Assembly: GCA_018062705.1 (NCBI GenBank)
Contig: JAGORQ010000001.1
Location: 21,624 to 85,623 of the forward strand
Length of the DNA stretch: 64,000 bases
Direction: 5' to 3'
DNA from: Candidatus Shapirobacteria bacterium
GTDB lineage: Bacteria; Patescibacteriota; Microgenomatia; UBA12405
Shown: in pieces, positions 19,473 to 28,859 of the stretch
Position numbering within the stretch: position 1 is the first letter of the stretch
Layout: each line of letters opens with the position of its first letter
Position numbers and translations under genes: made by a program
The notes under the pieces: model-generated
Databases searched by the model: none
Seen by the model: only the letters and a program-made list of their open reading frames with translations
What the model was told of the DNA's origin: nothing

Positions 19473-19843
19473 ATTTATTTTGATGTTTTAAATTGTTGTT
19501 TCTAGCTTTATCATTGTAGTCGCATACTTCTTCCAAATTATATCTAAGACTAAGAGCATTAATAAGTTATTTGGAGTTCTAGGGTCTCAAACACTGTCCT
19601 GGTATTCCCCCATTCCTAAATATGTCTACTAGTGGGAGCATAATAAAAAAGCCGTCAAAAATGACGGGTTATTTATTATCTTCTCACTCAGTTTCAGGTC
19701 TGGGAGCCTGTCCTGAGTGAATTCATCATGAACTTGCCGAATGAACCGAAGGACGCGGTGGAGCAGACATTAATATAATACGTAAAGATACGCCAAACAT
19801 ACTTTCTTGTAATGGTTTAATAGAAGTAAAGTATAATCAGTTC

Positions 19844-20299
19844 ATGAAAACTAAAAGAGCTGCACGAACGGTGATTATCGATGAGGATAACTTGGTCGCT
19901 TTGATTGATGTTAGAGATGGAGAGTATTATAAAATTCCCGGTGGTGGAATTGAGAAAGGTGAAACGGAAGAAGCAGCTGCCAAAAGAGAAGCTCTAGAAG
20001 AAGCTGGTTGTGATATTGAAATAATTAAAAAAATCGGAGAACAACAGTTTGAAGATATGAATCCTAAGTTTGGCGACATTATTCATCACTCTGTTTGTTA
20101 TTTAGCTAAGAAAGTCGGTGACAAGAAAAACACTAGTTTTGATGAGTGGGAAAAGAGTAACAAAATGAAACTAATCTGGGTTACTTTTCCAAAAGCTATA
20201 GAACTTTTTTCGAAAGTGAATACCCATGATTTCTTTGGGTCGGAGATAAATAAAAGAGACTTCGGGTTTGTTCTCAAAGCTAAAGAAATGTTGGCATAG
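19844..20299 (+). CDS. NUDIX hydrolase
   Basis: Canonical Nudix box GGGIEKGETEEAAAKREALEEAGC. Confidence 0.8.
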   Translation: MKTKRAARTVIIDEDNLVALIDVRDGEYYKIPGGGIEKGETEEAAAKREALEEAGCDIEIIKKIGEQQFEDMNPKFGDIIHHSVCYLAKKVGDKKNTSFDEWEKSNKMKLIWVTFPKAIELFSKVNTHDFFGSEINKRDFGFVLKAKEMLA

Positions 20300-20415
20300 T
20301 TTTAAAATCGTTCCACTCACGTAGCATCATAGACTCGGACTTATTTTGAACCCAAAATAGGTCCAAACTTTTCATACCCCCTCATAGACTTCAGAACTTT
20401 TGGTAAAATCATATA

Positions 20416-20727
20416 ATGAAAATATACAATTTTGCTACTGACCCAGGCGTTATTACTGGGCAAGAAAATAACCCTGATTTGTTTATTAGAAGAACTGATT
20501 TCTCTGCAGGGTATTCCGAAGCTGACTATCATAATCATCCCAACTCTTACGAATTCTATGTTGTGTTGAAAGGCAAAATAAAGTTTGAATCAGAAAATAA
20601 AGAAATAGTTGATGCAATCAGTGGTTCATTGGTTTATTTTAATGAAGCCGAGCCACACAGAATCGTAATGGTTGATGAAGATGTTGAAATGTTGTTGATA
20701 AAAAGACTTGGAGCTACAAAAGCATAA
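20416..20727 (+). CDS. Cupin-domain protein
   Basis: Cupin motifs (YHNHPNSYEFYVVLKG ... AEPHRIV). Confidence 0.55.
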   Translation: MKIYNFATDPGVITGQENNPDLFIRRTDFSAGYSEADYHNHPNSYEFYVVLKGKIKFESENKEIVDAISGSLVYFNEAEPHRIVMVDEDVEMLLIKRLGATKA

Positions 20728-20876
20728 GTTTACCTTAATATCCGCAAACAGCAGTCATGATTGATTCCAAAGCGGGGAGCAGATATATTCCATAAGTTAT
20801 TTGTTGGTAGAGCATAATTATATTGTAGTATAAGTTTTATTCAGCTGAGATTAAGCTACTAGACTATAATTGGAGT

Positions 20877-21533
20877 ATGAGAATACTAGTCGTCGAAGAT
20901 GAACACCGAATTGCCAACACCATTAAAAAAGGGTTGGAACTAGAACATTATGCTGTTGATGTGGCCTATGATGGAATTGAAGGTTATGATTTGGCCAGTA
21001 GTGGCGACCATGATTTGATTATCTTAGATTTAATGTTGCCCGGAAAAGACGGTCTAAAAATTTGTGCCGAGCTTAGGGCTAATAAAATTCAAACACCAAT
21101 TTTGATTTTGACGGCCAAAGGCCAAACACAAGACAAGGTGAAGGGGTTAAACATGGGAGCAGACGATTATTTGACAAAACCATTTGCGTTTGAAGAATTG
21201 TTGGCTCGAATCAAGGCGTTGTCGAGAAGACCAAAAACTGCGATTAATCAGATGATTGAAGTGGCTGATTTGAAAATTAATACCACAACTTATGAAGTTA
21301 AAAATGGTAATAAAATAATTGAACTATCGAAGAAAGAATATGCATTGCTCGAGTGTCTGGCCCGGCATGCCAATAAAATTTTGAGTAAAGATCAAATTAT
21401 GAATCAGGTGTGGAACTATGAGGCAGATATTTTACCAAATACGGTGGAAGTTTATATTAAAAAATTGAGAAATAAATTGGGGGAGAAAGTTATTAAAACA
21501 GTGAGAGGGTTTGGATATAAACTAGAGAGTTAA
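20877..21533 (+). CDS. OmpR/PhoB-family response regulator
   Basis: REC domain (D-D-K residues, ILDLMLPG) plus a C-terminal winged helix (VRGFGYKL). Confidence 0.85.
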   Translation: MRILVVEDEHRIANTIKKGLELEHYAVDVAYDGIEGYDLASSGDHDLIILDLMLPGKDGLKICAELRANKIQTPILILTAKGQTQDKVKGLNMGADDYLTKPFAFEELLARIKALSRRPKTAINQMIEVADLKINTTTYEVKNGNKIIELSKKEYALLECLARHANKILSKDQIMNQVWNYEADILPNTVEVYIKKLRNKLGEKVIKTVRGFGYKLES

Positions 21534-21534
21534 A

Positions 21535-21573
21535 TAGATTTAAGATTTAAGATGTATGATTTAAGAATAGAAC
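21535..21573. repeat. Family D element (TAGATTTAAGATTTAAGATGTATGATTTAAGAATAGAAC) between the RR stop and the HK start
   Basis: Shares more than 80% identity with copies at 23821, 24551, 32913, 39432 and 45654. Confidence 0.6.
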
Positions 21574-21588
21574 ATCAACAATCAAATA

Positions 21589-22599
21589 ATGTTTGAGAAA
21601 ACGAGACTAAAATTAACCGGCTGGTACTTGATGATTATTATGGTGGTGTCATTATCTTTTTCGGGCGTAATTTATAGAATTGTAACTCAAGAAATAGATA
21701 GATTTGCTCAGGCGCAACGATCAAGAACCGAAAGAAGGATGATGGTGTTTCCCGGAGGACCTACCGTGGTGTTTTTGGATACTGATTTGGTAGCAGAGAC
21801 AAAAAAGAGATTAGTAATTGAACTAATGTCGGTCAATGTACTTGTATTGATAATTTCTGGATGGTTAGCTTATTTGTTGTCTGGTAAGACATTGAAGCCA
21901 ATTCAGGAAATGGTGGAGGAACAAAATAGATTTATTTCTGATGCGTCACATGAACTTAAAACTCCCCTAACCTCCCTAAAAACGGCAATGGAAGTGAGTT
22001 TGCGCGATAAAAATTTTTCTTTAAACGAAGCAAAAGAGCAAATAAAGGAAAATATTGAAGAGGTAAATAAATTACAATCACTGTCGGAGGGGTTGTTGGA
22101 GTTATCAAGATTTGAACAACCAAAACAAATTAATGATTTGGAAAAAATAGTGTTGCCTAAATCAATTGCCAGTGTGGTTAAAACTTTGAAACCAATTGCC
22201 ACAAAAAAAGAAGTGAAAATAATTAACTTAATAAAAGGTGGTGGTGAAATAAAAGGCAACGAGGCGGAACTGAACAAGCTATGGACAATATTAATTGAAA
22301 ACGCGATTAAATATACTAATAATACTGGCGAAGTGAAATTGGAATTGGGTGAGACCAAAAATCATTGGCAAGTAATTATCAGTGATAATGGTGTGGGAAT
22401 CGCTCCAGCGGATGTGCCACATATTTTTGATCGATTTTATCGGGCGGACAGTGCCAGAACCAAAGCAGGAAATGATGGCTACGGACTAGGGCTAGCAATT
22501 GCTAAAAAAATAATTGAATCACACAATGCTAAAGTAGAAGTGCAAAGTGAAATTAATAAAGGTACCAGCTTTAAGCTGACATTCAGGAAAGAGATTTAA
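21589..22599 (+). CDS. Sensor histidine kinase (2 TM, HisKA, HATPase_c)
   Basis: H-box SHELKTPL and the N, G1, G2 boxes (DNGVGI, GYGLGLAI). Confidence 0.85.
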   Translation: MFEKTRLKLTGWYLMIIMVVSLSFSGVIYRIVTQEIDRFAQAQRSRTERRMMVFPGGPTVVFLDTDLVAETKKRLVIELMSVNVLVLIISGWLAYLLSGKTLKPIQEMVEEQNRFISDASHELKTPLTSLKTAMEVSLRDKNFSLNEAKEQIKENIEEVNKLQSLSEGLLELSRFEQPKQINDLEKIVLPKSIASVVKTLKPIATKKEVKIINLIKGGGEIKGNEAELNKLWTILIENAIKYTNNTGEVKLELGETKNHWQVIISDNGVGIAPADVPHIFDRFYRADSARTKAGNDGYGLGLAIAKKIIESHNAKVEVQSEINKGTSFKLTFRKEI

Positions 22600-22608
22600 A
22601 TTACCACC

Positions 22609-23817
22609 ATGAAAACAAAGGTTAAATATCTAATAATATTTTTGATAGGAGTTGGCGGTTGGTTAATTTATGCCAATTTGTTTAAAAATAAAACAGCTAC
22701 TGTCAGTTATCAAACAGCGGTGGCGGAAAAAGGAACACTGATAACCACATTATCTGGATCGGGACAAATTAGTAGTGTGAATAATCGAGCAGTAACCACA
22801 TCAACTTCGGGAGTAGTATCAAAAGTTTATGTCAAAAACGGACAAAAAGTAATAGTTGGTACAGTGGTAGCATCGGTTGACCTGGATATGACTGGAAGAC
22901 AAGCTCGAGATTCGGCCTACACTAGCTATTTGAGCGCCAAAAATACACTGGAGACGACAAAAAATAGTTTGTTGACATTACAAAGCACCCTGGCTACGGC
23001 TTATGATAAATTTCACAACGATGCCGGGGCTAGAGGTTTGGCGACAGACGATGTGACTTATGTTAACCAATACAATGCCTATCAATCAGCACAATTTAAT
23101 GTAAATAATTTTGTAAATCAACAAAAAATAGCTGAACAGCAAGTGGCTAATGCTTGGAGCAACTACCAACAAGCAAGTAATTTGATCTATGCACCGATTT
23201 CCGGAGTAATTAGTGGACTATCACTGAAACCTGGGATGGTCATAAGTGGTGGCACGACTGGTTTAAAAGTGGCCAATATTACGACTAGTGCTACACCAAC
23301 AGTAACAGTTAATCTGACTGAGGTAGATATTCCCAAGTTGACTGTAGGCAATAAAGCCACAATAACCTTGGATGCTTTGGCGGAGAAATCGTTTACCGGG
23401 ACGGTGGTGGCAATTGATAAATTGGGGTCGGTGTCGTCTGGGGTAGTTAATTATCCAGTAGTCATTCAGCTTGACAGCGTGTCGGAAGAAGTGTTCCCAA
23501 ACATGTCTGCCAGCGCCAAAATTATTACGAGTGTCAAAGACAATGTGATTTTGGTAGCGTCAACTGCTGTTAAAAAAACTAACGGGGTAGCAACTATCCA
23601 AGTGATGAAAAATGGTAAGCCAGTAAATATAGATGTGGAAGTTGGTGGAAATAATGATACTCAAACTGAAATAATTTCCGGAATTATTGAAGGCGATTTG
23701 GTAGTGACCTCGTCAACTAGTGCCTCAAAAGCCACAGGCACATCTACGTCGACTTCGGTTTTTGGTGGAAGTAATAGAGGTTTTGGGGGTGCTGGCGCGG
23801 TTAGAGTGGGGAGGTAA
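22609..23817 (+). CDS. HlyD/MacA-family periplasmic adaptor subunit
   Basis: N-terminal TM, coiled-coil, lipoyl and beta-barrel regions typical of membrane-fusion proteins. Sits in an operon with the ABC ATPase and permease. Confidence 0.7.
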   Translation: MKTKVKYLIIFLIGVGGWLIYANLFKNKTATVSYQTAVAEKGTLITTLSGSGQISSVNNRAVTTSTSGVVSKVYVKNGQKVIVGTVVASVDLDMTGRQARDSAYTSYLSAKNTLETTKNSLLTLQSTLATAYDKFHNDAGARGLATDDVTYVNQYNAYQSAQFNVNNFVNQQKIAEQQVANAWSNYQQASNLIYAPISGVISGLSLKPGMVISGGTTGLKVANITTSATPTVTVNLTEVDIPKLTVGNKATITLDALAEKSFTGTVVAIDKLGSVSSGVVNYPVVIQLDSVSEEVFPNMSASAKIITSVKDNVILVASTAVKKTNGVATIQVMKNGKPVNIDVEVGGNNDTQTEIISGIIEGDLVVTSSTSASKATGTSTSTSVFGGSNRGFGGAGAVRVGR

Positions 23818-23820
23818 AAA

Positions 23821-23877
23821 TAGATTTAAGAAATAAGATTTAAGATTCTTGCTGAAGCAAACAAGTATGAATAAGAC
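23821..23877. repeat. Family D element upstream of and overlapping the ABC ATPase start
   Basis: tagatttaagaaataagatttaagattcttgc...aagtatgaataagacaa. Confidence 0.55.
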
Positions 23878-24571
23878 AATAAAAAAAATAGTAATTGAGA
23901 CGAGGAATTTGTCGAAGGTGTATACCGTCGGAGATGTGAAGACGGTGGCACTCGATAAGGTGTCGTTTAACATTGAGCAAGGTGAATTTGTGGCGATAAT
24001 GGGACCATCTGGTTCGGGCAAATCAACTTTGATGCATATTATTGGAGCTCTGGACAAACCAACTGGCGGTCAATATATCTTGGATGGAAGTAATGTAGAA
24101 AATCTGAGTGATGATGAGCTGGCGGAAATTAGAAATAAAAAAATTGGGTTTATTTTTCAGGCGTTTAATTTATTACCCAGGACCACCACAATGAAAAATG
24201 TGATGCTACCAATGAAATATGCTGGGTTGTCGGAAGAAAAACAAAAAGCAACAGCAGAAAAGTTTTTGAAAATGGTGGGATTAGGAGACAGACTAAAACA
24301 TACCAGTAATCAGTTGTCCGGAGGACAACAACAGCGAGTGGCAATTGCTCGGGCACTAGTACTGGACCCGGCAATTATTTTGGCAGATGAGCCAACAGGA
24401 AATATTGCTTCGGCACAGGCGGATGAAATAATGGAGATTTTTGAAAAATTAAATGATGAAGGTCATACCATTGTGATGATTACTCACGAACCAGATATAG
24501 CCAATCATGCTAAAAGGATTATTCATATAAAGGATGGGCAAATATACAAAGATTTAAGAAATAAGATTTAA
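23867..24571 (+). CDS. ABC transporter ATP-binding protein (MacB/LolD-like)
   Basis: Walker A (GPSGSGKST), signature LSGGQQQRV, Walker B (ILADEPTGN). The last 8 codons are encoded by family D copy D3. Confidence 0.85.
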   Translation: MNKTIKKIVIETRNLSKVYTVGDVKTVALDKVSFNIEQGEFVAIMGPSGSGKSTLMHIIGALDKPTGGQYILDGSNVENLSDDELAEIRNKKIGFIFQAFNLLPRTTTMKNVMLPMKYAGLSEEKQKATAEKFLKMVGLGDRLKHTSNQLSGGQQQRVAIARALVLDPAIILADEPTGNIASAQADEIMEIFEKLNDEGHTIVMITHEPDIANHAKRIIHIKDGQIYKDLRNKI

Positions 24572-24590
24572 GATGTATGAATAAAACAAA
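24551..24590. repeat. Family D element that supplies the C-terminus (KDLRNKI) and TAA stop of the ABC ATPase and precedes the permease ATG
   Basis: gatttaagaaataagatttaagatgtatgaataaaacaaa. Confidence 0.55.
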
Positions 24591-24593
24591 CAC

Positions 24594-25820
24594 ATGAAAG
24601 AATTAATTAATCAATTTGTTGAAAGTTTGGGGACACTGACTCTGAATAAAACCAGGACAGGATTGGCGATTTTGGGAATTGTGATCGGTATTGGTAGTGT
24701 GATTGCGCTGGTGTCGCTCGGTGAGGCGACCCAAAAATCAATCCAAAATCAGATTGAGTCCTTGGGGTCAAACTTATTGACGGTTAATCCTGGCGCAGTC
24801 AGTTCGGGAGGAGTGCGGGGGGCACAGGGTGGTGTGACTACCTTAACTTTGGAAGATGCTAAAGCGATAATTACATCGAGCACTGTGACGACAATTAAAA
24901 CAGTGTCGCCAGAGTTTTCCAGAAGAACCCAGGTGGTAACAACCGGTAAAAATACCAACACCCAAATAATTGGAGTTAGCCCGGAATATGCGAATGTACA
25001 TAAACTGTCGGTGGAAACGGGTAGCTTTGTGTCGCAAACAGAAGTTGACGGCATGAGTAAGGTGGCAGTACTCGGGCCACAGGTTGTAACTGATTTGTTT
25101 GGAGATGGCGCTAATCCAGTTGGTCAGACAATAAGAATCAGTGGACAAACTTTTACGGTTATTGGAGTGACAGTGTCAAAAGGAGGCAGTGGTTTTCAAA
25201 ATCAAGACGATATTATTTACGTACCAATAACTACCGCCCAAAAACAATTGTTTGGAGTAAATTATTTGAGCTCAATTGGACTAGAAGCGAAAACGGCCGA
25301 GGTGATGACCCAAGCCCAAGACGAGGTAGGTTACTTATTATTATCGAGACATAAATTTAATGATCCGAGTCAGGCTGATTTTTCAATTTTTTCCCAACAG
25401 GATATTTTGAATACCGCTTCATCAACTACCGGGACGTTTACTTCGTTATTGTCGGGAATAGCGGCCATTTCATTACTAGTAGGCGGAATTGGGATAATGA
25501 ATATAATGCTAGTGACCGTGACGGAGAGAACTAGAGAAATTGGACTGCGTAAAGCCTTGGGAGCCAAAAAGAAAGTGATAACCAGTCAATTTTTGACTGA
25601 GTCAGTTATTCTGACATTTACTGGCGGAATTATTGGAGTGGCAATGGGGATACTGGCATCGTACATAATTTCACTCTTAACCGGCTCGTTATTTGTAGTA
25701 TCGGTAAATTCGATAGTGTTGGCATTTGGAGTGTCGGCGGGAATTGGAGTAGTGTTTGGCTGGTACCCAGCCCAAAAAGCTGCCAATATGCAACCGATAG
25801 AAGCGTTGAGATATGAATAG
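24594..25820 (+). CDS. ABC transporter permease, MacB/FtsX-like (4 TM with a large periplasmic domain)
   Basis: MacB_PCD-like periplasmic region and the FtsX C-terminal TM bundle. Confidence 0.8.
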   Translation: MKELINQFVESLGTLTLNKTRTGLAILGIVIGIGSVIALVSLGEATQKSIQNQIESLGSNLLTVNPGAVSSGGVRGAQGGVTTLTLEDAKAIITSSTVTTIKTVSPEFSRRTQVVTTGKNTNTQIIGVSPEYANVHKLSVETGSFVSQTEVDGMSKVAVLGPQVVTDLFGDGANPVGQTIRISGQTFTVIGVTVSKGGSGFQNQDDIIYVPITTAQKQLFGVNYLSSIGLEAKTAEVMTQAQDEVGYLLLSRHKFNDPSQADFSIFSQQDILNTASSTTGTFTSLLSGIAAISLLVGGIGIMNIMLVTVTERTREIGLRKALGAKKKVITSQFLTESVILTFTGGIIGVAMGILASYIISLLTGSLFVVSVNSIVLAFGVSAGIGVVFGWYPAQKAANMQPIEALRYE

Positions 25821-25911
25821 TTTAAATCCCAAACTCTAAACTCTAAATTCTAAAAAATTCAGTAAAAGTTAAGTAATAATTTATAAAATATATTAATAGT
25901 TATTAAATATT

Positions 25912-25931
25912 CCGCCTGCGGCGGGCTTTTT
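25912..25931 (+). terminator. GC hairpin (CCGCCTGCGGCGG) plus T-run abutting the next ATG
   Basis: tccgcctgcggcgggcttttt ATG, read directly from the sequence. Confidence 0.35.
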
Positions 25932-26384
25932 ATGAAACAAAATCAAATTATTTCCTTAGTTTTAGTAGCGGTTATTTTTGGTGCAGGTGGGTTTTTTGGA
26001 GGGATGAAATATCAACAATCAAAAGCCCCCAATTTTAATTTTGGAGACCGAGCAGGTATGGTGGGTCAATTTGGAAATAGACAAGGTGGTGGTATGGGAC
26101 AAAACGGAACTCAAGCGAGAAGAATGGGTGGGCAAACCTATGGCGATATATTGTCTTTAGATGACAAAACGATGACAGTAAAAATGGCAGATGGTAGCTC
26201 AAAAATAATTTTGTTATCTGACTCAACTTCATTTAATAAAGAGGCGACTGGTACTAAAACAGATTTAAAAGTTGGTGATAAGGTGGGTGTATTTGGTCAA
26301 AGCAATACCGATGGCTCAATCAGTGCCCAAATGGTGCAAATAAACCCAGTGATGCGACAACAAAGCCTTGTGCCGACGAAATAA
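25932..26384 (+). CDS. Hypothetical secreted Gly/Gln-rich protein
   Basis: N-terminal TM/signal (IISLVLVAVIFGAGGFFGG) and a G/Q-rich low-complexity region. Confidence 0.4.
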   Translation: MKQNQIISLVLVAVIFGAGGFFGGMKYQQSKAPNFNFGDRAGMVGQFGNRQGGGMGQNGTQARRMGGQTYGDILSLDDKTMTVKMADGSSKIILLSDSTSFNKEATGTKTDLKVGDKVGVFGQSNTDGSISAQMVQINPVMRQQSLVPTK

Positions 26385-26539
26385 GACCAAAAAAAATCCG
26401 TTAAAACGGATTCAGAAAAGGAAGGAATGAAAAAACAGTAGAGCAAAAAAATTTAAAATATAGGGGGGTATAAATTAAATTAAAGGGGGGATTTTTGGTC
26501 TGACTGTTTTTTCGTTTTTGGTTTGGGTTGGTTGTCTTG

Positions 26540-26760
26540 TGTGTTGTTGGTCACCCCCTTTGGGTGACCGCCGTGAGGACTCTTCCTATTCGCACCCATT
26601 TCTGTGCTACTTATGGAGAGGATACCTATTGGTAAAACTATAGGAAGAGTCCTAATTCCGGTCTCAGACGTTTCTGACTACACGAACAATACAAACGAAC
26701 AAACGTCTGAACTAATAAATGGTGGAGTCCACCGCTTGTTAGTTCAGACGTTACCTAAAC
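26540..26760 (+). ncRNA. Candidate structured non-coding RNA of unknown family, in a 477-nt non-coding gap
   Basis: Stacked hairpins: ggtcaccccctttgggtgacc; a 15-bp inverted repeat gaggactcttcctat / ataggaagagtccta; tcagacgtttctga; and a 13-bp stem acgtctgaactaa / ttagttcagacgt enclosing ggtggagtccacc. A TATAAAT box lies about 70 nt upstream. No conserved RNase P, tmRNA or SRP motifs were seen. Confidence 0.25.
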
Positions 26761-26861
26761 CAAAATTTTTAAAGAACTGATCGAATGGGTCAATGCAGAC
26801 ATTGAAATTCGATTGATGGGGTATTGTAATACCAAAAATATAGGCTGTCAAGACAGAGTTT

Positions 26862-27233
26862 TTATGGCAGATAAATCAATTTTAAAGCAGACTGAAGTGC
26901 TGTTTTGTGCTCGTCGGTGGCACCAAGTGACAATTCCCATTTTGGGGTCATAAACATATGGGTAATAAATCCAGAGCCGTGGACTCGTCGATAAAAATCT
27001 TCAAAATCTGAATGGGTTGCACCAGATTTTTTAATTGCTTCATAGACATCATCACTAAAAATGTCATTTTGAGAAAAAATGGGGAAATGGTGTAAACGAC
27101 GAAGATTTTTGGTGTATTTGTCTAGCCGTTTCAAATTTTTGGGGATATTTTCTGGTCCTTCGGAAGAAATGATGCCAGAAACATAACCAATTTGAGTAAT
27201 ACCTTGTTGACGCATTTTTAAAAAAAGAACCAA
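26862..27233 (-). CDS. Hypothetical protein (possibly a DUF4406/nucleoside deoxyribosyltransferase-like fold)
   Basis: 123-aa ORF. The family assignment is weak. Confidence 0.35.
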   Translation of the reverse strand: MVLFLKMRQQGITQIGYVSGIISSEGPENIPKNLKRLDKYTKNLRRLHHFPIFSQNDIFSDDVYEAIKKSGATHSDFEDFYRRVHGSGFITHMFMTPKWELSLGATDEHKTALQSALKLIYLP

Positions 27234-27295
27234 AAGACCGTCGGCGATTTCATCTAAACTCCTGGCACCTTGGAGGTGCTTTTGTATTATATGTT

Positions 27296-27619
27296 TTATG
27301 GAAAAGTATAAATTATTTTTTCAAAATCAACAACGCGGTCTTTGGCGGTGAGTTTAATCCCCTCTTTTTTATACAAGGCGAGTCTAGTTTTTCGATGTTT
27401 ATCATCTAACCATACCTTGCCACCGGAATAGACAATCCGATGAAAAGGAATTTTGTCTACATCGGGAGAACGACTGAGAATGGTGGTGATCATTTGAGAA
27501 AGTATTGGGTGGCCACCGGCGGCCACTGTCAACAAACCATAAGTGGTTACCCGACCAGGAGGTATGGTGAGGGCTAGGGCACAAACTTTTTTGGAAAATT
27601 CACCGGGAGCGAGCTTCAT
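27296..27619 (-). CDS. Alkyltransferase-like (ATL) MGMT-family protein lacking the active-site cysteine
   Basis: MGMT-C fold with PFHRIV in place of the PCHRV motif (Cys to Phe), as in ATL proteins. Confidence 0.55.
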   Translation of the reverse strand: MKLAPGEFSKKVCALALTIPPGRVTTYGLLTVAAGGHPILSQMITTILSRSPDVDKIPFHRIVYSGGKVWLDDKHRKTRLALYKKEGIKLTAKDRVVDFEKIIYTFP

Positions 27620-27677
27620 AAATTATTTCGGGCGCCAGCAACCTGCCTACCGGCAGGCAGGGTGTCGCCCCTACGGA

Positions 27678-28154
27678 TTAGTATAATGCCATTGTGTATG
27701 AATATAAATATAACGGTGAAGTAATTTTTGATTTTATAAGGGCGACACTATCTGATAGTTGTTTAAGGTTTTTTTGTTGCTCTTTTAACCGACGTTGATT
27801 CAATACATAACCTTTGACTAAATATTGTTTTAGGGTTTTAGTTGCCCAGATACGAAATTGGGTGGCCTTGACGGAATTTATGCGATAACCGACCGAAATT
27901 ATCAAGTCTAAGCTATAAGCTTTGACTGGTTTATCAGAATTTGCAATGTTCCATTTTAGAACATTGCTTTTTTCAACCAATTCGTTTGATTTAAAAATAT
28001 TATTTATGTGCTTGGTGACTGCAGGTCGTCGAGTACCGAATAAATCAGCTATTTGTGACTGTGTTAACCAGATGTTATTTTTTTCGATTTTAGTTTTTAG
28101 TTTAACTTCACCGTTAATGGATTTGTATATTGCAATCTGATTATTATTTTTCAT
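27678..28154 (-). CDS. RhuM-family (virulence protein RhuM-like) protein
   Basis: Conserved RhuM region (WLTQSQIADLFGTRRPAVTKHINNIF...FRIWATKTLKQYLVKGY). Start taken at the internal MKNNNQIAIY. Confidence 0.55.
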   Translation of the reverse strand: MKNNNQIAIYKSINGEVKLKTKIEKNNIWLTQSQIADLFGTRRPAVTKHINNIFKSNELVEKSNVLKWNIANSDKPVKAYSLDLIISVGYRINSVKATQFRIWATKTLKQYLVKGYVLNQRRLKEQQKNLKQLSDSVALIKSKITSPLYLYSYTMALY

Positions 28155-28211
28155 AAATAAATATAACCCAAATAAAAACCGAAGTAAATAATTTGGTGGT
28201 AAGATTAATGA

Positions 28212-28859
28212 ATGAAGAACCGAGCCAACAGCTCCACCAATCAACAAATTCGCAGTACTAGTGGTCAAGCATTTAGGCGGGCAGGAAAAGTATTGGTTTT
28301 AATGGTGGTTATCTTGGTTGGGGTAATGGTGGTAGGCAAAATGTACGGCGGGATGAAAGAGGATAAATTTTGTGTGACCAAACATGTTCCAACAACTACA
28401 AAACCTAAGGATTTGGTGACTGCCCAAGATTGGCTCTATACGGGTGATTATGATTTTGAGAGCGGTAATTGCGAACAAGCAATTTCCGATCTTAATATGG
28501 CAATTGGAATTAATCCAAAATATGCTGAGGCATACAATAACCGAGGTTACATAAAAACCAGACTAAAGCGCTATGCTGAGGCGTTACCCGATTTTGACAA
28601 AGCGATAGAATTAAGACCGGGTTATCCTCATGCGCTGATGAATCGAGGTGATTTGTACAATTATTATTTGGTGGTAAAAGACAAGACTAAAGCGATGGCG
28701 GATTATGATAGGGTGATTGCTTTGGGAAAAGAGACTATAAAATCAGAAGCAGTTTGTGGCCACCGTGATATGGCCACTTACGAGGGAAATTTTGTCAGAG
28801 CAATTTTTAATGCGGTTTTGAGGAAGGGAGAGTGTTGGAAATTGTATTTTGAAAAATAA
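28212..28859 (+). CDS. Membrane-anchored TPR-repeat protein
   Basis: N-terminal TM followed by three or more TPR units (AEAYNNRGYIKTRLKRYAEALPDFDKAIELRPGYPHALMNRGDLY). Confidence 0.6.
   Translation: MKNRANSSTNQQIRSTSGQAFRRAGKVLVLMVVILVGVMVVGKMYGGMKEDKFCVTKHVPTTTKPKDLVTAQDWLYTGDYDFESGNCEQAISDLNMAIGINPKYAEAYNNRGYIKTRLKRYAEALPDFDKAIELRPGYPHALMNRGDLYNYYLVVKDKTKAMADYDRVIALGKETIKSEAVCGHRDMATYEGNFVRAIFNAVLRKGECWKLYFEK

Noticed and set aside
21903-25786. Minus-strand ORFs inside the HK, ABC ATPase and permease genes (21903..22358, 24165..24374, 24749..25054, 24843..25148, 25370..25567, 25586..25786)
   Set aside because: They are antisense to strongly motif-supported genes.
26540-26760. RNase P RNA, tmRNA or SRP RNA identity for the structured intergenic region
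   Set aside because: I could not find the conserved P4 (AGGAAAGTCCGGGCTCC) motif, a tRNA-like CCA end with tag ORF, or the SRP GGAAGCAGCCA motif. It is kept only as an unknown ncRNA candidate.
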